DNA from: Paecilomyces variotii
Taxonomy: Eukaryota
DNA length: 64,000 bases
Reading direction: 5' to 3' (one strand)
Assembly (NCBI GenBank): GCA_004022145.1
Contig: RCNU01000008.1
The translations under genes and the position numbers were made by a program. Below are positions 12,539 through 27,300 of the stretch, one piece after another. The notes under the pieces were generated by a model. That model saw only the letters and a program-made list of their open reading frames with translations. It did no database searches and was not told where the DNA came from. Positions within the stretch are counted from its first letter, which is position 1. Each line of letters begins with the position of its first letter.

Positions 12539-12992
12539 GGTAAGTTTACCTATGGAGCGTGAAAGCAGAGAATGGAGATGAGACAGTGGGAAAGGGTAGC
12601 TAAGTTGACAGTGTTGACTTTGAAGGATCAATAAAGATGGCGTGACTAATAGCCATTTACCAGAAGAGTTGTTCCCTGTCTATTGCTCAAAGTACTAGTA
12701 TATTCAATAATGGCTAGATTATGTACCTTTGTTACCCCCTGTACTTAGGCCGCCAGCTGCATTCAAATACAGTCCAAGAGAGCGGATGATCTTCATCTAG
12801 CTATCTAGCCCAAATGCAAGGCAGATGGCACAGCTGCATAAGGCCGAGAATCCAATGTAAGTAACTATATATGCCAACTTGATCAGTAGGAAATGGGGAC
12901 TATTCTTTTGATTTTGAGCAATATCAACCCAATGCAAACAGACGATGGAAAGAAAAGGTCTTCTTGTTCTTATGCCAATTTTGCGAACCGAA

Positions 12993-14640
12993 ATGGCTTT
13001 GGCTAGTTTTGTTCAGATTGTCTGTGGCATAATCCTTGCCTTCTTCCCGTCACAGGTTTTGTCCCTCACAGCCAAGCAAGCCGCACAAGACATCTGCTCT
13101 CAATTTAACACGCAATATCCCAACATCACTTTCCTGCCGTTGAAATCACAGTACGAGTCTGGATGCACGGAAAACTGGTCTGAAACTGCATGGGGCAAGC
13201 CTACCTGCATAGTAAAGCCTAGAGGCACCAATCTCCTCCAGGAGCTTGTTCGTACTCTGTCTTCTCAGAGTATCTATTATGCTATTCGCTCAGGAGGACA
13301 TTCGCCTTCCCCATTGGCGGCAAACATTGATACGGGTGTCTTGATCGACCTGTCCGCGTTGAACCAAATCGTCTACCATGCTGATCGAGGTGTAGTTGAA
13401 GTTGGAACGGGGCTGAAATGGAGCCATGTTTATGCGTATCTCGATGGATATAATGTTACCGTGGTTGGTGGCAGAGACCTCGATGTCGGCGTGGGAGGTC
13501 TCATTTTGGGGGGCGAGTATCAATATTTCGATACAAACAACACGAAACTAACGGCCATAGCAGGAGGGCTCTCTTACCTTTCAAATCTCTATGGCCTGGT
13601 CTGCGACAATGTAGCCAGTTATCAAATTATCCTAGCCAACGGGTCACTCATCGACGCCAACTCAACATCCCACACAGACCTCTTTTGGGCCCTCAAAGGC
13701 GGTGCAAATAATTTCGGTTGGTGGCCATCCCCGTTGAGTATATAACTCTGACTTACCAGAGACAGGAATTGTGACGGCATTCACTCTATATACATACCCA
13801 ATTCACATGGTATGGGGCGGCGTCAAGCAGTACTCATTGGACCAGCTCCCACGACTTCTCGCTGCAGCGTACGAGTTCCAGTATAGCGGCATCACAGACC
13901 CGTATGCAAATTTCATGTTACAAGCCTTCACCACGAATAAAACAGTCGGTGCCGTCTTGAACATGGTCTATCTCAAACCGGAGAAAGAGCCGGCTGCCTT
14001 TGCGCCCTTTGCCTCGATCTCGACCCTGGAAGATACCACCAAGGTCCAAACACTCACGCAGATGATCAGCGGGCAAATGGTTCCGCCTATTCCTCGGTAT
14101 GCTCAAAACAGTGCTCTCAAAGTTAGAAGGCGTGTGGCTAGTTGGCTAATAACACATAGATGGGACTGGTTCGCAACAAGGTTCACACCAAGCTCATCCC
14201 TCTACCGAGATATCTCAGAGATGGTGATGTCAGCCCCGGAGGTGAGGACAATTCAAGCCGTCGAGTCTGGAACTTTAGCATTGGGCTTTCAGCCCATTTC
14301 ATCCAGTGCCATAACTGCAGGACAAGCTCACGGTGGAAATGCACTCGGCCTGCGAAAGGAGACGCAAACCTGGTTCGTGTTGGATGTAGGCTGGTACCAA
14401 CCCGCCGACGACGCTACAGTACACAATGCGACACGATCATTGTCAGATGCGATTATGGCACAGGCACAGATTAGAGGCGTTCATGTGCCATATATATTTA
14501 TGAATGATGCGAGTTGGGATCAGAATGTCATTGGGCACTATGGAACTGAAAGTGTGGAGCGGCTGAAGAAGGTGCAGAGACAGTACGACCCGGAGCTCAT
14601 CTTTCAGAGGCTTGTACCAGGGGGCTTCAAGCTGCCTTGA
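12993..14640 (+). CDS. Secreted-type FAD-linked oxidoreductase (VAO/BBE-like), 4 exons
   Basis: Hydrophobic N-terminus, NWSETAW, RSGGHS, LFWALKGGANNFG, FMNDA...YDPELIFQRLVPGGFKL. Start could alternatively be 12945. Confidence 0.9.
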
Positions 14641-15192
14641 TCGACATGCAAAAAACTTTTGGAACAGAATATAAAGCTGCGAGTGTTGTTCTAGAACTTT
14701 TTACGAAGGGTCCGTATACAAGACAGAATAGGACTTCAAATTAGGAGACAGATACAAACGAATCAGAATGAGATAAAAGAAATCCAGTGACATCCTCTGT
14801 CAAAGTGAGCCAGTGAATGATGAATTAAATAAATAATATCAGCGTCCGGTATTATTATCAATCTGTACAACGCTCGTTCTTTTTATCATCTAAGTCAACG
14901 CCTTGTCAGCCTGAGGCCTTGGGGTATCCTTGAAAAGGAAGGCGGTGGAATCAACTATAAGATTAGAAGGCGCGGGGGAGAGTCGATCATAACTTATACC
15001 GGCTAGCGTCACTACAGCCTCTCGTTGCATCCGTCACCAATGAATCTGCACACCGCCCACATGACCACTTAGGTAATCACAATTTTATTGCATCTTTCGT
15101 CGGCCCTCAACTTTTTGCTCATTCCAGCCCTTGCGCTGGCCAAAGCCACCAGTACATTTTCTCCTGCCGCTCCTTTTTGATCAGAGGCGAAG

Positions 15193-17435
<2,243 letters not shown>

Positions 17436-17957
17436 ACCCCCTTCACTATTATAGATTAGATTTATTTTCACGGGGAAAAAAAAAAAGAAAAAGCGGCACT
17501 TGGTAGGGAGTTATTGTCTTTTATAAATCTCGGGGGTGGTATTATGCTTTGAATATGATTGGATGTCAAATTTCCATAAATTTCCCTCGATTATTTGCCA
17601 TGAATGGATAATACCCTCAGTGGATACATCGACGAAAAGTTCACATCAGTTGTGCGCACTACGTGTTCTCAACGAGAACGAGCAACTTATTATTGTATAT
17701 AGTAGACGTCCAATGCTAGCATACCTTTCAAAGGACGCCGCGTTGCTTGCTTATCTAGATCCCTTACAAGAGTGGTGTCCTCATAACAAATATAACAACT
17801 ACTTGTAATACGCACTTCCAAATTGGTTAAATGATGTTGTGGGATCTTTTCTATCCATTCGATAAGACAGCTACCAGGTATACTTGTCAAGGATCACACG
17901 GAGAAGATGACGTAGCTACCTGTCAGTAGACCAATAGTGTCATTACATATCAGACCA

Positions 17958-20900
17958 TCACAGCCAAATACGAAGAGAGAGACTGATCCCGATAATAGGA
18001 AGCAAGCTAACCATCTCCCCGACACCAGCATAACTAGGTTGGATCCTGAAGCCGACCGCCTCGAACACGCCAGCGGCAAAAAGCACGGCGAAGATGTTAT
18101 ATATCACGGCCCAAGCAAGGTTCAAGCGAATTCTGCATGTAGCTCTTCTGGAAAGATCCAGAAACAGGAGAAGGCCATGGAGAGAATCCTTGAGAATTCC
18201 AACATCCGCAGCGTCGACTGCGATGCCTGCGGCGTTACTCATGCATATTCCTAGGTCTGCTTGGGAGAGGGCCGGTGCGTCATTCGTCCCGTCGCCGATG
18301 AAGCAGACTTTGGTCTTCGGGTCTGACCTTTGCAGTTTGCGAATATAAGTCGCTTTATCTTCGGGTTGGCAATTACTATGAACGTTTTGGGGATCGAAGC
18401 CCAAGCTTGATGCCACGCGAGAAACAGAGGGGCCGTTGTCTCCAGAGAGAAGATGAATGGTTATTTTCTTGCTTCTCAGTTGACCGAGAACTTCTAGAGC
18501 TTCGGGACGAATGTTGCCTGAGAGGCCGTATAATGCTAGAAGAGTGTCATTTTTGGTGAGGCAGAAGACCGTGAGAGTGGAATTGATCATCTCTTTTACT
18601 GCTGGGTGTTCCTTTAGTCCAAGCCATGCCGGGCTTCCGCCTCTCAGAAGTCCATCTTCTGTAGCGAGTTCGACACCTTTTCCAATAATGACCTTAGCTG
18701 GACTGGACAACTTAACTTTGTCACTGATGGATACTTTGTTCTCAACGTGTTCGTAGACAGCTTGGGAGACTGGATGTTTATTGCCTTGAGTGACCATGGC
18801 CGTTATGAGACGGACTTCGCTTTCTGGAAGATTGGGAACCGTTCTCGGGTAGAGCTCTTTCAGTACGGCTAGTTTTTCTGTTGTCAGTGTGCCGGTTTTG
18901 TCGAACACAGCATGATTGATTTTGTCTCCAGCATGCAATGCAGCCCCGCTCTTAAAAATGACACCCTTGTTGACTCCGACAAAGCTGGCTACTGTGAGAA
19001 TCGTAGGGACAGCCAAGGCTAAAGCACAAGGACAGCTGATGGCGAGGACGGAGATTGCAAAGGTGAGTGCATTTATAGAGGCCGAAGTGCCGGGTCGTTT
19101 CTCAACAAACACGTCAACCAGGACCCAGATCAAGAAGTCGATAACAGCTGCTGCAAGGATAGTGGGGGTCAAGTAGGATGCTAATAGATCAGCTCGCTCC
19201 TGAGTCTTTGTTCTCGAGGATGTAGCACTCGTGACCAAATTTTTGACAATACTGAGAATGTTTTCAGAGACGAGGCGTGTGACGCGGTACTCGATGGTGC
19301 CGTTGACGATCTTCGAGCCCGCAAACACCTGGGACTTTTTCGAACGAGTCACAGGCTCAATTTCACCAGTTATCTGCGATTCGTCGATCTCGGCAATTCC
19401 ATTAACAACGACTCCGTCTGTGACGATTTGTTCGCCTTCCCGACTCTGTATAATGTCGCCGTAGTGAAGGAGGGCGGTATCGAGCAGCTCCTCCTGGCCA
19501 TTGTTCAGAGAAGGTCTCATTGAAATTCTAGATAGCGAGACTTTCTTTATAACTCGTGCCATCTGCGACTGGGATGAATCCGTCCTTTGTATATCCCGTG
19601 CTTTCCTTCGAATCCACAACGTCAAGAGCCTCCCGAATTTGATAAGCGTGATGAGTAGCGAACTGGTCTCGAATACAGGACGGCCTAGTATATTAGTAGA
19701 GCCGCCATGACGCACTTCAAACCCAAGCGCGACGAGTGAATAGACATAGGCACTTGTGATTGAAAGGACTACTAGGACATCCATATCAATTTCCTTCTGG
19801 TACCATAATGTCTGGAAGGCATGTTTATAGATGGGGATCGCGAGCATCTGAACGGCAGTAGCCAGGGCCACGGAGATGACGGAGTATTGTATTTTCTCTG
19901 ACGGCGGTGCTTCTCTTGCGAACGATGACCAAGCGAAGACGAGAATTGGAACAGTGAGTATTGCGGCGAACAAAGTTTGAGCTATCAGCGAATGCCAATG
20001 ACGATCTTCGATTCTCTTTGCAGTCTCTTCGGATGATTTAGCTGGCAGCTTGGCCTGATTTCCATGGGAGGTCACTATCTCGAGGATATCTCGAATGCCA
20101 ATCATTCGTGGTTCGTAAAAGACCTGGTGATCTTCCTTCCCCACGGGAACTACTGAATTAACTCCATTCAGGGCTCGAATTCTTTCCGCAGCTTTGGGAT
20201 CAAGGTGGGTTAAGGTAAAGTTTTCACCGTCAACGGTGCCTGCTAGGCTAGTGCGCAAGATAGTGCAAGTAAAACCGGTACGTCTTTTCACATAGGACGT
20301 CAAGCAGGAAACATCTGCGACCATAGAGGGGTCATAGACGAGCTCTGCACGGTTGAGTATGAAACTAGTCTTAACATCGCTGACGCCTGAGTATGATTCG
20401 AGTACGTTGTGCAGTTTAGACTCGCATCCGGTGCAGGTCATTCCAACGACACCAAGAATAACGGAGTACTTGTTTCCCTCGGAAGCTCTTTCTACATCTG
20501 AATCAGACATGCGGGTGACGGAAACAGGTGCTGGCTTTTCGGTGGTCTTAACTGCAGGCTGCTGTGCTCGTGTAGGCTTCAGGCTGGACTTGGAGGCTGG
20601 TACCGACCTCATACGCGATCCTCTGACAGCACAACAGGTCCGTCCTCCAGGGAAGATAAAAGGTCGTGGACCACTGCAGAAGCATTTGCGAATCAGGCGG
20701 CTGATATTCGAGACATATTGCGCTTCAGCAGCTTCGACCGTACTTTCTCTGGGCTCGTCCTGCATAGATGTTGTAAATGCTGCAGCCATTCCCAGATGCT
20801 TGTTGCACGGCTGAATGCAAGTGCTGCGTCGGGTATTGTTGTCTGCTCTCTCATTTGAACAGCTCCCTTCGGGGCCCATGATCAATTCATCTGCGCATAA

Positions 20901-21713
20901 CTTTGCTGCATATTCAGCGATGCACTCGTCTAATGCGAAGTTAGCGAGTCGTTTGAACCCAGTAGTACACCTCAAATAGCGATTAAAAAGGACCATACCA
21001 GAGCATTCACAGTTGTCGGAGCTTGTGCAGCAGATATCCAAGGTTAAGGCTGCATGTAGTGTGCTTTCTTGAATTTTGGAACAGCAGTTGCCATCCTCTA
21101 CCTGCTCTCTCGCGCAAGAGCTATCTTGATCCCACTGCTGATTATTGGTCAAGGCGCAGCAGCCAGAAGAGATCGCTTCGCAGGTTCTTGGTTTTTCACT
21201 AGGCTGGCCAGAATTAGTTTGGCAGATGTCTGTAGGTTGTGCTGTCTTGCATCTTGGTTCATTCGCGTCGCAGCAGTCAGTGCATCCCGCATCCTCGTCG
21301 CATTCATTGCCGGCAAGGGAGAAGCCATCCGAGTCGTCTTTATCGCAGCATCCATTCTGACACTTGTCCTTTCCTGCTGCAACAGATGACTTACACAGGT
21401 TATCCTCTGTGTCTAGACAACAGTCTGCAGGGCCAGGAGCACAGCACGGTTCCGCCTTCTGGTCGGAATAAGGACTGCAATCCTGATCCGCAGTGAACTG
21501 AACTGATGCAGCACATTCTTTTTGGGCATCGTCCTTACAGCAACGGTCGACAGATTCTCCATCATCAGATGCTGTTTTGTCGTTGTTACGCCCGTCCTGT
21601 TGGTTGTCTTCGAGAACAGTTTGATTCTCTTGAGGCTGGGAGGGACCCGAACAGCAGCTGCAAGATAACCCCGCTTGACCGGTAGTCGACGATTCCTCAG
21701 CGGTTTGCGCCAT
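17958..21713 (-). CDS. pcaA: Heavy-metal P1B-type ATPase, Pca1/PcaA-like (probable Cd/Cu exporter) with Cys-rich N-terminus
   Basis: HMA motif GMTCTGC, TGE, CPC, DKTGT, HP, GDGTND; C-terminal YAGVGEMVS resembles yeast Pca1 rather than Ccc2. In-frame 69-nt intron at 20930-20998. Orthology is inferred from motifs. Confidence 0.88.
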   Translation of the reverse strand: MAQTAEESSTTGQAGLSCSCCSGPSQPQENQTVLEDNQQDGRNNDKTASDDGESVDRCCKDDAQKECAASVQFTADQDCSPYSDQKAEPCCAPGPADCCLDTEDNLCKSSVAAGKDKCQNGCCDKDDSDGFSLAGNECDEDAGCTDCCDANEPRCKTAQPTDICQTNSGQPSEKPRTCEAISSGCCALTNNQQWDQDSSCAREQVEDGNCCSKIQESTLHAALTLDICCTSSDNCECSGMVLFNRYLRCTTGFKRLANFALDECIAEYAAKLCADELIMGPEGSCSNERADNNTRRSTCIQPCNKHLGMAAAFTTSMQDEPRESTVEAAEAQYVSNISRLIRKCFCSGPRPFIFPGGRTCCAVRGSRMRSVPASKSSLKPTRAQQPAVKTTEKPAPVSVTRMSDSDVERASEGNKYSVILGVVGMTCTGCESKLHNVLESYSGVSDVKTSFILNRAELVYDPSMVADVSCLTSYVKRRTGFTCTILRTSLAGTVDGENFTLTHLDPKAAERIRALNGVNSVVPVGKEDHQVFYEPRMIGIRDILEIVTSHGNQAKLPAKSSEETAKRIEDRHWHSLIAQTLFAAILTVPILVFAWSSFAREAPPSEKIQYSVISVALATAVQMLAIPIYKHAFQTLWYQKEIDMDVLVVLSITSAYVYSLVALGFEVRHGGSTNILGRPVFETSSLLITLIKFGRLLTLWIRRKARDIQRTDSSQSQMARVIKKVSLSRISMRPSLNNGQEELLDTALLHYGDIIQSREGEQIVTDGVVVNGIAEIDESQITGEIEPVTRSKKSQVFAGSKIVNGTIEYRVTRLVSENILSIVKNLVTSATSSRTKTQERADLLASYLTPTILAAAVIDFLIWVLVDVFVEKRPGTSASINALTFAISVLAISCPCALALAVPTILTVASFVGVNKGVIFKSGAALHAGDKINHAVFDKTGTLTTEKLAVLKELYPRTVPNLPESEVRLITAMVTQGNKHPVSQAVYEHVENKVSISDKVKLSSPAKVIIGKGVELATEDGLLRGGSPAWLGLKEHPAVKEMINSTLTVFCLTKNDTLLALYGLSGNIRPEALEVLGQLRSKKITIHLLSGDNGPSVSRVASSLGFDPQNVHSNCQPEDKATYIRKLQRSDPKTKVCFIGDGTNDAPALSQADLGICMSNAAGIAVDAADVGILKDSLHGLLLFLDLSRRATCRIRLNLAWAVIYNIFAVLFAAGVFEAVGFRIQPSYAGVGEMVSLLPIIGISLSLRIWL

Positions 21714-22537
21714 GGTGCTTTGATATTTCTCGATACGTGAAATGGAAAGAAGGGCTCTTGATTTCACAACAGCTTTGGTGGGAGGAAGCTTTAAAAACAG
21801 ATGTCGGGACGGTTTAAGTAAAACAAGGCCGGGTGAACGGCTAGGTACTTAATGTATCACCTTCACCGAATGAAGCTTGGCTTTGACGGCAACCACCAGG
21901 TCTGGCAGCAGCCGAAGCTCTTTGCGGATCGATCGAGAGAGATCTCGGCAGCAGCAGACTTGGAAAACACATTGTTGCCTTGAAAGAAACCTTCGTCATT
22001 GGAGAATATTGGACGGTGTCAATGATTCGTCTTAGGGGGGAACATCTGACCACACCGGGATGCAGTTAAGCTGGCATGAAACGCTACGAGGGCAATCAGC
22101 CATCAGCCAACCTTATAAGCATGCTTTGATCTCTCCAGTCTAGCATGCATATTTCGCCCATCGCTGTCGCATACAACACATAAACACCATGTGCACAGAA
22201 TGCACAACCCGACACAGAGCACGCAACAACAAAACAAGATATTGCAAATGTATATATGTACATACATTGGAGATCAACATTTTCCGTTCTATCCCGCTCA
22301 GATGATATGCAACATCCACCCAGAAAGGAGTTCATTTTAACCAGCGTTCGGTGATAGGAGATATCTCCACTAAACCCGTAGTGGTCTATAAACCCATGTC
22401 TTCTAAGAAGCATGACTGTGGAGATAGGCGGCACATCAATGATGCTTTATATATCAGCTTCTTGGACGCTGTTCTTCACATTCTCAGCATTAAGACAGCT
22501 CCCCGCCATCAGCTCTTCGGTTCCTACAACTGCCATC

Positions 22538-23691
22538 ATGCCGGCACCATACGACGAAAACACCACTGCCGATGAGTTGATCAAGGACTATGAAAACATA
22601 ATTGAAGGGAAAGCGATCCTGACGACTGGCGTCTCTCCAAACACCCTAGGTGGTTTCTTCGTCCAGTCCATTGCCAAGGCCAAACCAAGCGTCCTCATAT
22701 TAGCCACCCGCAATCCTGCTAAACTCCAAGAAACGGCCGACATGATCTCAAGCACGTATCCGAATGTCAGAGTACGCACCCTCAAAGTAGATCTCGGATC
22801 ACTGAAGAGCGTACGGGGTGCAGCTAAGGAAGTCAACTCTTGGGATGATATTCCATCCATCGACGTGCTGGTCAACAACGCAGGCATCATGGCAGTGGAT
22901 TATCAACTCTCCCCTGAAGGATTCGAATCGCACCTAGCAACGAACCATCTAGGTCCGTTTCTACTCACGAACTTGATAATGAAAAAGGTTTTGGCGTCGA
23001 AGAGTCCGCGAGTTGTTGTCGTAAGCAGTGATGGTCATCGGCTGAACCCATTCCGTTTCGACGATTACAACTTCGAAGTAAGTGGCGGAAGACGAGTTGT
23101 CTTGATTGCGTGCAGTCGCTAAACTCTCGACCAGGAAGGAAAAGGCTATAACAAATGGTTCGCCTATGGCCAGAGTAAAACAGCTAATCTGCTGTTTGCT
23201 CGTTCTTTGGCACAGAAGCTTGGTCTGAAAAGTGGCCTCCAAGCGTTCAGCTTGCATCCGGGCGTTATATGGTCCACCCACCTGGGCGATAATGTCGATT
23301 GGAACAGGGAACTGGATGAGCTAAGTAGGCATTGGCCATGACTTGTCGGATATACGGTCGCTAATAGCATTCCAGGAAATGCTGATAGAACGTTTGGCAA
23401 CCGAGAATCCTGGAAACAGTACGACGGCAAGCCCATCGAACGAGGTGTTGCAACCCACATCTATGCGGCATTTGATCCATCTCTTAAAGGTGATTTTCTA
23501 TACTTCCCATCGATAAAAACGAGACGAGACCACTGACTAATCTGCCAGCGAACAACGGTGCCTATCTTGTCGACTCCCATGTAGCAGACCCGCTAGTCGA
23601 CACAGTGAAGCCGTGGGCGACCAGCAGTTTTGAGGCGGAGAGACTATGGAGATTGAGCGAGAAGCTAGTGGGCGAAGAGTTTCCGTACTAG
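22538..23691 (+). CDS. Short-chain dehydrogenase/reductase (retinol-DH/WWOX-like), 4 exons
   Basis: TGVSPNTLG, VLVNNAGIM, TNHLGPF, YGQSKTAN, LHPG, AERLWRLSEKLVG. Confidence 0.92.
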
Positions 23692-24353
23692 ACTTGGTCC
23701 ATTACTTGAAGACATCAACGATCTCCAGGGAAGCTTGTTCATACTCGCTTGCGACGAAGATGAACTTACTCGTTCAAGGGTTCTGTGCAACATGGGCATT
23801 ATGCTCACAGAATCAATGTTCGTACCTGATGAAATAACATGCAAGTCACAAAGAATGTGATCCATTTAATTGATTATGCTTTGTTGGAGAACCTCAAGCG
23901 ATATTTAATTATTCTCCCCGCGTAATTGATTTGTTCCCCACGCGCGACGATGATCGACGTTGCCGGATGCGGCTTAGTCATTGAACACGGCGAGCGACTG
24001 GCTCTTTAACAGTAAATTCTCCAGTTTGTCCCACCGGCTATCAAAGTTCAACCTGCTTAGCGATCGGATGAAGAGCAGCCTTGGTTCCACGTAAGCGGCT
24101 CAAAGATCTTTCAAGACGTTGCTCGTCCTGAAAGCCAAATGGAAGGCTGCTGCACGTGTGCGCTATTGACTTCCCGGACTGTGTGAACAGCCAGAGACCG
24201 CTGTATAAATCACACATTGACGGTGTTTATCTATCCCAAAGTCCTATCTGGGAAAGTGATTGTGGGCCAGAATTTGGAGAGGGAACGTCTCTCTGCAGGT
24301 GCCTACATGTAAGCACTTCCGAGCGACAGTTCTGATAGCAAGCTCCAAGAGCA

Positions 24354-27300
24354 ATGTTGTTGCGGAGAAAGTCACCCGAAAAGCCAGAATCTCAATATGA
24401 GTCCAATGGCGAAAATGGCGAGCTGGAGGAGAAGGAAGACAAGAAACCAGGTCTCTGGGAGAAGGTCAAGAATATCTGGGCCAAGCTGGGTTTGGACGCC
24501 GGTACATTCATGATGATGATGAAGTAAGAACTGAAACATCTCGCCTTCAATGACAATTGCTGACCGACAATCTAGGGGAGCTATTCCGCCAACAGTCTCA
24601 GTAGCAATGTATGGATGGATTTATCTCTAGTTCACCTGATTTATACTGACTATAGAAAAGCTACCAATCCAACAGCGTGGCAGATACCTACACCACGCTT
24701 GGCTATCTCATTGCCATTGTCTCCATTATGGGTTTTTGCATCTTACCAAGAGCAAAATTTATCCAGATGATGATATTCAATGTCCTGGCGGTTTGCGTAG
24801 GGACCGCCGCGGCTCTGCTGATGATCTATTCAGCGGTCAAGGCTCGCCAGCATTCAGAGCCCAAGACGAGTGCGAGCTCCGTGGGGTCTCCTGCTCCTGG
24901 GGCCCCAACGGTAGAGTACAACTCATCTGCATCCGCTGTATGCGGCGTGTGGCTGTTTTTCCAGATCTATCTGGTCAACACTGTTCGGGCCAAGTTTCCG
25001 CAATTCAATATGTCTGTCATCATATATTCGATATTTGCCAATATCTCTGCTATTTACGCCCCCCAGTTCTCGACGATGACAGCCGGGATTGCCTTCGCAA
25101 AACGGCTGTTGGAGGCATTCCTGACGGGTCTAGCAATCTCAGCAGCAACTTCTTTCATCATCTTGCCAAACACTTCAAGAAAAGTAGTTTTCAAGCAGAT
25201 GGCTGGTTATATTGGTTCCTTACGTGGTGCGCTTAAGGCTCATGCGGCCTACTTTGAATCGATGGAGCACACCGACATGTTTGGCAGGGTGGAGACTTTC
25301 GACAAAAAATCGGAGAAGCGTCTGAAGAAAGGAAAGAAAGCCTACAGCCCAGAGGCCGATGCGATAAAGACAGCTGTACGGGGAATTCTTGAGATCCACG
25401 GGAAGCTCCATGGTGATTTGACGTTCGCAAAGAGAGAAGTCGCTTTGGGCCACCTGGGCCCGGACGATCTCCAGGAGATATTTAGACATCTACGGAGAAC
25501 AATGATACCGGTGGTGGGCCTGAGTTCGATAGTCGATGTCTTCGAGCGGCTGTCCGAATATAACAAATGGAACGATCCTCTGGACGACGCACCCGAGGAC
25601 ATACACTCGGACCCAGTGCGACAACGCGTCGTGCACGAATGGAACGATATGATGACCGCTGTTCATGACCCCTTTTCTTCCATGCTCGAGATTATAGACG
25701 AAGGCCTGCAACATGTTTCTTACGCCTTGAGGATAACAAAGCCACCCAAGCAGGCCGCAAGTCAAAACTCGAAAGACACCGGACCTAACGCCGCCGATGA
25801 TGTCGAAGCATCTCCTGCAAAGGCGTCACCAGGTGAATCCGGATTTGCACAGTACCTGGAAAAGAAACAGCAAGAGTTTCGCAGTGCTAAACTACTGGCA
25901 GTACGTGCGTGGTGTGAAGAAAAAGGTATCAATTTACCATCCAACTTCTTCGAACACCCTGAATCGGTTGAGATTCAGGACGAGTTAATTGGTAGGCTGT
26001 CATCGAATCACGTGCGGAATCAACGACAGCTTTATCTTTTACTCTATGTAAGCCCGTCTGGCCTTTTGAAACTGCGCTTGTAACTAACCTCTGACAGATG
26101 GCTCATCTTCTCTACTCAATTAACCAAGCCGTACTCGACTTTGTGCATTTTGCAGATGGAAGAGTCGCCTCGGGGAAAATGTCGGAAAGGCGATTGATCA
26201 TTCCAGGCTCTAAACGTCTGAAGAAATGGCTCATCGGTGCTTTCAAAGGCGAGGATGGTCATGATGATCATCCTCTTAGTGAAGGATTCTCTGCCAATCG
26301 CAAGCTATCTCTCGGTGAAGCATTCAACAAGCGGAAAGACCCAGAACATCTACCTCCGGAGACGACATGGCAGACCATAGGTGACAAAATACGACTTATC
26401 CCGGCTTTTCTTCGGTCTCCGCAGTCTGCTTTTGGTTTCCGCGTTGCCTGTGCCATAATGACCATTGCTATCATTGCTTTTCTGCATGATACTCAGGTCT
26501 TCTTTGTAAAGCAACGTCTAGTCTGGGCCATGATCATGGTTGCCATCAGCATGTCTCCCACAACCGGACAAAGCATGTTCGGTTTTGTACTTCGGCTTGT
26601 TGGGACAACACTTGCCATGGTCGCTAGCTTCTTGATCTGGTATATTCCGGGCGAGAAGACACCTGGTATAATTGTGTTTCTTTTCGTCTTTGCGACTTTG
26701 GGTTTCTACATTCCGATCAAGAAACCGCGCTTCATCATCGTTGGTTTCATCAGCATTGTTACCACGACTATGATCACCGGTTATGAACTGGAAGTACGTC
26801 AGTTGGGCGAAGTGGTCGCCACGTCCAACGGACAGGTGTATTACCCAACCTATCTTTTGGCCCCGTACCGGTTAGCTGTTGTCGCTGCTGGTCTTTTCGT
26901 TGCCTTCATATGGACTATTTTCCCCTATCCGATCTCAGAACACTCGGCCCTCCGCCAGGATCTTGGAAATTCTCTATACCTCCTTGCAAATTACTATTCC
27001 CTTATCCACGAGACAGTGTCTGCCCGAATCCGTGGCGACTCAGAAGATTTACTCAGCACAACCTCAAGTGGACGCAAACTGGAAAAGGCACGCAACAAAG
27101 TATTTTCCAAACAGATGCTTATGCTTGCAGGTCTACGGACACATTGCGAGTTCCTGAGGTGGGAGGTACCTATTGGTGGCAAATTCCCAAAGCAGAACTA
27201 TGATACCATCATAAACTGCATGCAGAAGTAAGTTTCCAGTTACCAATATCACCGCTTCGTACTAATGTTTGGCAGCATTGTCAACTATGTCAGTCTCGTT

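Noticed and set aside
12540-12990. Repeated CAGCTGCAT, AGGCCG and CTAG words in the cluster's divergent promoter as a pathway-specific TF site
   Set aside because: Too short and not convincingly shared with the other cluster promoters by eye; would need MEME on orthologous promoters.
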